A stretch of 64,000 nt of DNA from Antedon mediterranea (lineage: Eukaryota; Animalia; Echinodermata). The stretch covers positions 27,810,912 to 27,874,911 of the forward strand of contig NC_092675.1 in the NCBI RefSeq assembly GCF_964355755.1. The letters are read 5' to 3'. The translations under genes were made by a program, and so were the position numbers. Positions 13,490-23,579 of the stretch are shown here, piece after piece. The stretch's first letter is position 1. The number at the start of each line of letters is the position of its first letter. The notes beneath the pieces are model-generated. The model had not been told where the DNA came from. It ran no database searches and was given only the letters and a program-made list of their open reading frames with translations.

Positions 13490-13920
13490 ATCTAAAATAG
13501 AGACTCTTGGATAGTACTTTAAAGATACTTGGACTTTATGCAGCTTAGTCGATTTCTTATAAAAAAATAATGACAGTTTTTAGTCCTAGCTCACTATGTC
13601 GGTCGGTTGGTCGGTAAACACTAACTTGAGCACGCGAATGCAGCCATTTATATCGCCTTGTTGAATGGATTGGTACAAACAATTTCAGGGTTTTTACAAC
13701 ACACTAAACTAATATTTTCATTGTTTATAATATAGGGCAATGTGCTTTGTTCATTTATAAGATGTATATCTTGTTTTTATAACTTCCTTGTGTGACGGTG
13801 TAGGCGATCGTTAGTGAATTAATGCATGAGGCCTATTATAGTTCACTATATTATCTGTATGATTATAAGTAGTTTTAACCGTACAGTAGGCCTAAGCTAC
13901 ATTATTAAATTTTATTACCG

Positions 13921-15930
13921 ATGATGAATTTGCTTTACTTGATATTTATTGTTGCCATTTCGAAAACTGGGATAGCATTCCATTTAGCTCGGGCCCGAGG
14001 AGCTCAAGGTAGGTGTATTTTTTATCCGTGTAATAATGATAGTCAATATTTAATTACTTTCTCCATTTTAGTAGTCTGCCTCTGTTGGTACTGGTACTAT
14101 AGTATTGACATGGCGAACACTAGGCACCAATAAGGTGTAGTTAAATGTGTGGTATAAGTAAAATTAGTCAGCTCAATGAAATGAATATTTTAATTGATAG
14201 TTATAAATTAAAACTATACATAAAGCGCTGTTTTTGCGGGTGTTTTCTTGGGTAGGTGGCGGGTTGTGGTTTGTGTTTTTGTGAGGAAGGCCTACTCGTT
14301 TTCTTTTTTGCAGAAACAATTTAATGTGTTATATTTCCTAATATCAATATTTCCAACGTTAGGAGAGATGGTGCATAATAAAAAATTATTAAAATAAAAT
14401 TAAATAAACATTTTAATAATATATAGGATCCAACAAAACAATAGTGGATTATTGTCTGTTAAAATGGCAGAATTTTTAAGGACAGTTGTATTTGGTTCTC
14501 ATTTAGGTAGCCGGCCTACGAGGCCTACACATTACAGGCCTAGAATGTATCAAGTAACAGCAGAACCGGATTACTTTGGTAGGCCTAATTGGGAAAGTGA
14601 AAAAAAAAGAACCTGTCGAGTCAAAGTCAGTTTATATAGGCCTAGGCCTGTCAATTGAAGAACAGGCCGAGAGAAACCCATACCATCGTCGTTACAATCG
14701 AATCCACAGTTACAATTATGTAACTACCGAACAGCCGTATATTTACAATGACTGGCAAGAGTACATAGAAAAGAGAAAACAAGCTTACAAGGTTTATATC
14801 ACATCATTGGTTCATGTAATGAACAAATTAGTTTCACTCCACAAAAGACTACATTGTGTTCACAATCTTTTTGGATCAATCTCAGTTCTTATTAATTCTG
14901 TTTTTATTACAATAGGCCTATAGAATAATAAGTAATAATTATATAATAATAATAATAATAATAATAGCTCCATGATAATAACATCAGACATTGTGATTTT
15001 ACAGTGCTATTTCATAAAGATCAGATTGGAATAGATTTTTACCCAAGGGTCACATCATATTGGCTGGAATGGAATGTACATTAATACTCGTCTAAACTTT
15101 GGTTGAGAAACACTTACTAATTATAATATTATATTTAATATATTATCTAAAATATTAGTTTAATACCTATGGACAATGATGCTGTATCTGTGTTTTGATC
15201 CTTGCTCTAAAAATCAGTTTTGTCCGCGAGAGCGAGAACAAAAAGTTCCTGTAATACCGTTCAATGAGGGTCTAGTGTGTGAACACAATGTTATGCCCAA
15301 AACAAACTAAACTCCTTTTCAGATCATATCCGCGTCTTATGATTGATTTACCGTTGCATCAAAATGTTGTGTTATAATTATACTTCTAGACGGACGGATG
15401 TATATCCACAATGGCCAACCCCACTTCCACCAACCAGCACCAACCATGGATTCAACAGATACATATTTTGTCCAAGTTGTTATCTGTTATCTAATATGTT
15501 GTACTGCTATCGTATCTTGTATTGCTGGTTATAACAGTTTCTTAAGAAGACCAAGGGTAAATAATACATTTTATTTGATATGATTATGTGTATAACAAAA
15601 GGACAAATTATAGTACAGTGCCTATATTACTACGCCTATAGGCCTATACTCCGTTTTTTTCTGTTTAGTAAGACACTTTATTTAATTTGTTAAAACCATT
15701 TTTTTTTTAAGTTTAGTATATGAAAAAATAAATTAGCAGTTGTTTTTATTCATAAACTTCTGTTTTTTAAAATAAATTTAAAAGTTAAACAATTAAGGAT
15801 AATGATTAAACATATTTTTTTTTTCTTACACATACAGAGTGGTAACAAGGCTGATGTGACATCATCGAAGCCAAAACTTACAAACACCACCATGAAGATG
15901 ATAAATAAATTAATACAACAAATTAATTGA
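13921..15930 (+). pseudogene. Gene B: frameshifted paralog of genes A and C (exons 13921-14008, 14507-14791, 15390-15556, 15838-~15930)
   Basis: Signal exon MMNLLYLIFIVAISKTGIAF; homologous blocks YNRIHSY..TTEQP, QAYK, TDVYPQW, a TM segment and SGNK/DIIEAKTYK fall in different frames; extra A in the A9 run at 14600-14608; ACGG duplication at 15390. Confidence 0.75.
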
Positions 15931-16446
15931 ATAATTTGTGTTCTTATTATCAAAATGCCTAGGGTCTATAGTGTATATTTTATTATTATGGATCATTTAT
16001 ATGCTCCCATGTAACATTGTTAGATCCCCAGTAAACAGTGTACCGGTAACGTACCAACAATGATAGGCTTTGCTACTTATGCGAAGTAAGACATATGAAA
16101 TTATTATGGGTAACCACTCATCCATGCGCATGCATCATTGTGTTTGGTCTTTTGAAATGAGGGCGTACGGTAACGATCTAGATTAATCTGAGTTACTAAC
16201 ACGTCACAGAATCAGACAATAAATACATTTTGCATAACAATACCTTCTACGTGTAGATAATTACAGTTCAATGTATTTAGTAACGCAATTGAAATGTAAA
16301 TAGGTACAATCGTTAGTGTTGCTGCATGTTGACGTTATATGGGCGTAAGGTTTAGTAACCTTTGAATTAGAGGCCTATTGATATAGGCCAACACTATTAA
16401 TTGTTGTTAATATTCGTGTATATTATACGAAGTGTAGATTAGTACC

Positions 16447-16540
16447 ATGAAGTCAGTTCAAGTTACGTTTATTGTTGCGGTTTTAACCCAAATTGTATTT
16501 GGTGTTCCACTGTTGCATCGTGTGAATAGACAGATTGAAG
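16447..16540 (+). CDS. Gene C exon 1: signal peptide plus short pro-segment MKSVQVTFIVAVLTQIVFGVPLLHRVNRQIE (phase 1)
   Basis: ACCATG Kozak; FIVAVL shared with gene A; RVNR fits the minimal furin RxxR motif; donor AAG|GTAAGG. Confidence 0.85.
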
Positions 16541-17169
16541 GTAAGGTTTCCTCTCATTTTAGTGTTACATCATGGGTGGAGGGAGGGGATTCAGTCACTA
16601 ACGTAATAGACATATCGTCGTTTGAAATAAAACGACATTATAACTAAAATTCGGCAAATACAGTAGGCCCTAAGTCACAGCAAAATCTTTATTTTGTATG
16701 AATTGTATAGTCAGTCACGCGAGAAAAAAAAACGATGGCAGCTTTATTTTTGTTGCTTTAAATCGTCTATTCATTTAGATTATACATTTACATTATACAT
16801 GTACATGGTGTACAGAATTACCGTCCCTCCAGTCCCATCATCGTTATGGTGTACCGTTCCCCAAATACGATAAAAATTCTCATTCTTAAGCTTGTCCACC
16901 TAAACTGGAACAAATAGGGACGTAATATACAGTAGGCCTACATACGTGTCTTCTATACATAATCTATAGTGCAATCTTTTGTATTCTAAGACTAATTCAA
17001 CGGATTTTAATGCAAATATATAAATACTGACGTACCGTATACTTATTTAAAAACGTTTCACTTTGGAGCCATTGATACCTTGCCCACCTTTCCTGGCAGT
17101 GGTTTCCGTTCATGTTATGAATGATTGTTTTTAAATATTCATTTCAAATTGTAACTTATTTTTCTTTAG

Positions 17170-19001
17170 ATGGTGGGGTTAATCAGAAGGTAGACCTAGA
17201 AGTAGAAGACAATGCAATAGCAGCAGGACAAAATGAGCTAACCAATAGAGAAAATGAGGATAATCCTCCGAATGCAAACGATGTGCCTCCAGTGAATCCT
17301 GAAGTACCCGTTGCTCCTAACAATTCTCCGGACAATATGGCGCCTAGCTATGAAAAACCTGTTATGCCAGAAGCCGAACAAAGAGAAAACAACAACGAAA
17401 ATGCAGAAAACCCTCAAGTAGATAATAAGGAAATAGTTGCCAACGATGGCACAGAAGTGCTGCATGGCGTTGACAATTCTCCGTATAGAAAGTATGATAT
17501 GGCTCCTGGTTATGAAAGAAACCCAGTCACTGAATCCCCTCAACTTCCTGTCGAGACAGGGGCACCGGGTCAATACGCACTTCCTCAAAACCCAGAATCA
17601 CCTCAAATTCCTGTCGAGGCAGGGTCACCAGATCAGTACGCACCTCCTCAAAACCCAGAATCCCCTCAACTTCCTGTCGAGGCAGGGTCACCATATCAGT
17701 ACGCACCTCCTCAAAACCCAGAATCACCTCAACTTCCTGTCGAGGCAGGGTCACCAGATCAGTACGCACTTCCTCAAAACCCAGTATCACCTCAACTTCC
17801 TGTCGATGCAGGGTCACCAGATCAGTATGCACCTCCTCAAAACCCAGTATCCCCTCAACTTCCTGTCGAGGCAGGGTCACCAGATCAGTACGCACCTCCT
17901 CAAAACCCAGAATCACCTCAACTTCCTGTCGAGGCAGGGTCACCAGATCAATACGCACCTCCTCAAAACCCGCAATACCCTCAACTACCTGTCGAGACAG
18001 GGTCACCAGATCAGTACGCACCTCCTCAAAACCCAGAATCACCTCAACTTCCTGTCGAGACAGGGTCACCATATCAGTACGCACCTCCTCAAAACCCAGA
18101 ATCACCTAAACTTCCTGTCGAGGCAGGGTCACCAGATCAGTACGCACCTCCTCAAAACCCAGAATCACCTCAACTACCTGTCGAGACAGGGTCACCATAT
18201 CAGTACGCGCCTCCTCAAAACCCAGCGTCACCTCAACTTCCTGTCGAGGCAGGGTCACCAGATCAATACGCACCTCCTCAAAACCCAGAATCACCTCAAC
18301 TACCTGTCGAGACAGGGTCACCATATCAGTACGCACCTCCTCAAAACCCAGAATCACCTCAACTTCCTGTCGAGGCAGGGTCACCAAATCAATACGCACC
18401 TCCTCAAAACCCAGAATCACCTCAACTACCTGTCGAGACAGGGTCACCATATCAGTACGCACCTCCTCAAAACCCAGAATCACCTCAACTTCCTGTCGAC
18501 ACAGGGTCACCAGATCAGTACGCACCTCCTCAAAACTCAGAATCCCCTCAACTTCCTGTCGAGACAGGATTGTCTCCGAATCAATATGCTCCAAATGCAC
18601 CGCCCACAGGTGCACCAGTAGTAAATATTACCGAAATTGTTAATGTTTCAACCCCAACCGAAACTCCTGACTACTATGGCTGGCCAGATAGTTATAATCC
18701 TCCAAATAACGACCTGTATCCAGATCAATACTATGCTTATGACAAAGACGATTCCAATTATATTTCTTTCAATAATCCCGAGGGCTGGAAAGAAGACCAG
18801 GAGGCCCAGTCACCACCTGAAGATTCTTTTGATACATTTGACTGGTTAAGTGATAGCAAAGACGAAGAACCCTTTGATCCATACGAAAGCATTGATGATG
18901 AAAGTTACGAAAACTTGCTGAAACAAGAGGTAGAAGAATTTGGAAATATTGGCAGCAGCTTCTATGAAACAAAGCAAGAGTCTCCTTCTGATCGACTACA
19001 G
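17170..19001 (+). CDS. Gene C exon 2: acidic, Pro/Gln-rich repeat ectodomain (611 codons)
   Basis: Acceptor tttctttag|AT; part of the 628-aa ORF 17121-19007; donor CAG|GTATAA, phase 0 as in gene A. Confidence 0.85.
17533..18593 (+). repeat. Coding 63-bp tandem array, about 17 copies of ESPQLPVE(A/T)GSP(D/Y)QYAPPQNP
   Basis: 63-nt periodicity (AAAACCC at 17587, 17650, ...); 17 QYA motifs in the translation. Confidence 0.95.
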
Positions 19002-19374
19002 GTATAATATAGAACAGTCCCTTTTCTTCATGGATGACAATGTTGATGTGTTTAACACCATATAACTTCCCAATATTATAAAGGTCTCCATATAAAATAA
19101 AACATTAACTCTTTTTAGTAATACTAATTTTAAACACTGCAAAATCATGTCCAATTCTACCCAAGAAAACTTATAGTTATAAGAAAATGTATATGAATGA
19201 TATATTTTGTTTTCTACCTTCTCCCCCTACCTAATTACAATGCAGTTAGGACATATAAGCTCAGTTAAATTTGACATTTTGTTACCCTTCCTAGACCCGC
19301 CATTGATTTAGACCCATACTCATTATTTAGACCTCATCCTAACGTTAAGTGTCTATTTCCTTTTCTTCTTACAG

Positions 19375-19530
19375 CCACAGAACGTGTACACACAATGGCA
19401 TGAGTTAAATAGCTCACAAGCCACAATAAATCCACAAGCAGCTAACAATATTCTGCTATATTGTATTCCGGCCATACTATTTACACTTATTTTGTATATT
19501 GGTTATACGAATTATGTCCGAAAACCTAAG
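19375..19530 (+). CDS. Gene C exon 3: transmembrane exon PQNVYTQWHELNSSQATINPQAANNILLYCIPAILFTLILYIGYTNYVRKPK
   Basis: Acceptor ttttcttcttacag|CCA; 156 nt, phase 0-0; VYTxW and LLYCI shared with gene A; donor AAG|GTAAAT. Confidence 0.85.
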
Positions 19531-20214
19531 GTAAATTTTCAGATTGTTGTTAATGTAGGCTAAGTTACATAATAAATATAAAGAATTTGTGTTGGAATGG
19601 GTAAATAATAACTAAGCCTGTACGCGCTCTTGACGTCATGAGTTCCAAAATGTTTGTCTTGATTCAATGTACAACTTATTTGTTTTTATTCATTTTTTTT
19701 ATCTTAAATTTTGTGTCCCAATGTTTTTACATACCTACAAACATACACTCTTGCATTTAATTTGATTCAATTTAACAATCGCAGCCAAAGGCTGAATTCT
19801 ATAGAATTGGTAAAGTACATGTTTGAAACCACTGAATTGTAGCAAAAAGGAAAATTAACAGTGTTAGAAAATCTGTTTTAGTTTTATCGTGTGAACGCAA
19901 GTAGTACTTTTTTAACATTAAATCGCCACGTTCTGTATTGTGTCAAGAATACACATAAAGTGGAATGCCTTGTTGCATTCAATTTTTATATATTTTTGTT
20001 TTCATTAATTTCATCTCTTATTTCGGAAAAAAATAATACAGCGCACAAAATTCTCCATAGTTCAAGAACAAATTAGTTTAGTACTATGAGTTCTTAGATT
20101 AAATTATGTTTCCACAATGATCAATGAATGAATAGAAAAACGTCACTACCCAGTGTATTCAAGTCTCCCCCAGTAATAACCGATTAACCAGTAAGCATTC
20201 ATTCATTCGTTTAG

Positions 20215-20322
20215 ATTGTAGGCGTACCAAGTGGTAACAACTGGAGGGCAGATTACCGTGATATCGAAGCCAAAAGTAAAGAAATTGAACCAATGTTGAG
20301 GAAAGCGCATGAGGTCTATTAG
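20215..20322 (+). CDS. Gene C exon 4: cytoplasmic tail IVGVPSGNNWRADYRDIEAKSKEIEPMLRKAHEVY*
   Basis: Acceptor cattcgtttag|ATT; colinear with gene A exon 4; total CDS 2190 nt = 729 aa. Confidence 0.85.
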   Translation: MVGVPSGNNWRADYRDIEAKSKEIEPMLRKAHEVY

Positions 20323-22234
20323 TTTGATATCTGTGGAGTAAACAAAAACGATTTGTCCCAGCATTTGGAAAAGAATAAGGAACTCTTAAGTGGACATGTG
20401 TTTTGATAAAACTCAACACCCAATAATTTCTTTTTATCAAATGTGTATATTTATATTTAAGCCTATGGAAAAATTATTATCAAATTATTCAGTCCATCCA
20501 ATGCAGATCTCTCTCATTATACTTACTGTTACAAGCTGTTACATTTATAATTGTAATTACTACTCTGTGGAGTAGCTTTGGCCTTGAGTTGAGAATTGGT
20601 CAGATGTTTGCCCTACTGACGAAAAGGAGGAGGGAGGGACTAACCTATCTGAATAATTTGGTATACTGTTGTATTTCGGACGATTCTGTATTTATTGTAC
20701 ATGGTTGTTTTTTTTATTTATTGTCTTATCTTTAGTTAAGATTTAAAATTTTATTTTACTTTTTAGATATATTTATCATTATGTTCTTGACGTCCAAAAC
20801 GTAACGCATGGTGTTTTCATAGTAATTATTATTTGGGGAAATTTATTAGACTGGTGTATAATTGGGTGCGAGTCATTGGCTATTAGGTCTAATTAATGTA
20901 CTATGAATATTGGTTATCACACGTAATATACATATACAACAGTGGTAGAAATTAACTAAGTTTATTCGTTTTGATAAACCGTAGGCCTAAGTTTAGTCTG
21001 GGCGTATAATATCTTGGTATAAAACACACTCCTGCCTTGTTTAGGATAACAATATAGGCCAACATGGATCTTTATTCGTCGTTCATTGCTTTCCTAACCT
21101 TTGTTAATAATAGGGATCCTTTACTCTTTTTAAATAAAACTATTCCATTAATGATTTATATGCTGAATTTCATTTATAGAGTTGGCCTAGTTTTTCAATG
21201 GGCTAAGAATAATTTTCCTTTCAGAATTTGATTACTTGTATAAATTGTATACGTTTGGCTTCAGTGTCTTTCAATGGGTTATTTAGTGGTTATGCAAGTA
21301 TACCAGGGTAGTGTAAAATATTTGATAGGCTTTAACGGCCGTTTACTTACGTTTTTTAGGTTGACAAATTTTGCAATTTATTGAGCAATAACATTGTTTT
21401 ACATCTTTGTATACCAAATCTTTAATTCTAGTCTATTTTTAATAAATTTAATAATTATATGATTTGTTGTGAATTACTTTCTACTTTTCATAATGGCGCT
21501 CAACATAATGATGTGGTACGTACACGCGGCTTGTAAATTAAAAAATCTACATAGGCGGGTGAAGTAGGCCTATGGTATACCAATCGGAATCGAATATTTC
21601 GTCATCTATTTTCTCTGGTGTGGTCTATGCCTAAAAAGAAAACATATGTCAAGAATGTGAGTGTTTTTTACATATAGCCCTCAATCAAACAGCAAATAAG
21701 TAATTTTCCGAATAAAAGTAGGTAGCCTATAATTTTTTAAATCTGACATTATTTGTGTGAATGATATTAATAAGAATACGAGTCGGTGTCCAGTTTTCGC
21801 CTCTTTTTCCGGAACCATAAAATAGTATTATATTAAACGAAAACCATCTACTGTTTTTATTGGAAGAAAAATTAACAGCAATATAAAAGTAGTTAGAGCT
21901 AAGTATTGACTATAGGGGCCTAGGCCTAAAACTAATTTTATTTATTTAAATTTCTTTCTTTAATTTTTTAATAAAGTCTATTAAAAGATTGAATAAATAG
22001 GCCTAGTATTACAAAAATAAGTATAAGCTTTTACCCCCTCTATAACTATACAACTTGATTAAAAAAGGGCGCATTTTAACTGTATTATTAATTTTATAAG
22101 CGCCGTGTGCCGCTGATCCACGTTTAGTTATCGAAGAAACAGTTACTACTATTACAAAAATAAATATAAGCATGTCGCCCTCTATTACTAGACAACTGAA
22201 TAAAAAAAATGTCGCACTTTTTTTTTCGTGTAGA

Positions 22235-22391
22235 TACCTAGAGGGCGTGTCAGGTCCCGTATTTACTTCCGGTGCATCGTCACACACACAGAACCTTGAT
22301 ACGAAAAGTCAGGCGGAAGAGATTTGTATGTGAAATAAACTGTTGATCGAGTTTGCGTATGGCTATAAATTTAAAAGAAGTTGTTTATGAG
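22235..22391 (+). promoter_or_regulatory. Probable RAPGEF2 promoter and non-coding first exon
   Basis: CpG-rich patch, GGGCGTG GC-box-like motif, ETS-type ACTTCCGG at 22265-22272, donor GAG|GTAGGT at 22392; TSS not resolvable. Confidence 0.5.
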
Positions 22392-23579
22392 GTAGGTTTA
22401 CTGAAATATTCCTTTCTATAAAGGCTTTGTGACTTTTGAAGAATTTTAATTGCAAAATAAGATTTTATTGATGTTTTTAGGCGGCACTCTACGCTGGCGT
22501 TCCAGACTGCCTACCGACGATCGTATCTCTCACCACTGAACATACAACAAACAACACTTCTCTCAATCAGACAGAAATCTGATTGCTAGGCCTAGGCCTA
22601 CGCGATCGTGAATGTCCTTCTGTCCGTACTATGTTATAATTTGCTTTGACATTCGTAAATATATTAGAATCTTTTAATAATAATTTAGTAGAATTAATCG
22701 TTTTAGATTAGCCTAAATGCTATCTAAATCTATTATTAAATACTAAAATAGGCCTAATTATTGAATAATTTAGTAATGACATTGGATTGTTGAGTTCATT
22801 CCCATCATCAGATTGTGATTCGCTCAATGAGTACAATATGAGTAATTAAAAATTGTAAACAAGGTTGTACAGGTACAGTAGGCCAAGGAAGTAGTTTTCA
22901 TATTCGATTTGTTCCTGTAGGAAATTGTCTTCTTGGTATTGCTTCCTTTTATTTGGAATTAAGGTTTCTGTGTTTTGAAATATCAGAAACTTGTTGTACT
23001 GTATTGTTGTGGGTGGTGGTGAGAGAGTTTCAAAGAGAAATAATAATAGAACTTGTTTACTAAACTAGTGTATCCATGGTACTGAAACTGATGCTCAAAT
23101 ATCTACACTAAAATTCAGAATTATTAATATTGCTTTTAAAATGTTTTAATGGAACTTCTATAAAGATGATGTTGGCTTATTCTGATGCTTTGTATTAAAA
23201 TTAAATCAGCATGGTTTTCACTATAATAACCTTAGACTTCCGTCGTATTGCAGACAGAAATTGTTTTTACATTTAGATGAAATCGAAAATGAAAGATATT
23301 TAAAGATATAAATAACGTTTGACCTACAATGCTTGTTTTCTAGGTTGATTAACAATTAATTAATTAAATTGCATTATAAAAAAACATGTAAACTTTTTCA
23401 ATGGATTTTCTGAACTGAATAACATATTTTTTTATATACTAAAATTGTCAATAAATTATTACTACAGCACACATTATATAAAGTATGATGAATACTTCAT
23501 ACAAATCTGATTGAATCAATTCTTTCGCATTTGATTTTAAGGCAAATTTTGTGCCTAGGTTATCTGGATAAAGTGGCAT

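Noticed and set aside
17437-18621. 394-aa alternative-frame ORF and two antisense ORFs over the 63-bp array
   Set aside because: A stop-free repeat unit keeps other frames open; they have no proper start context or splice support and end at the array edges
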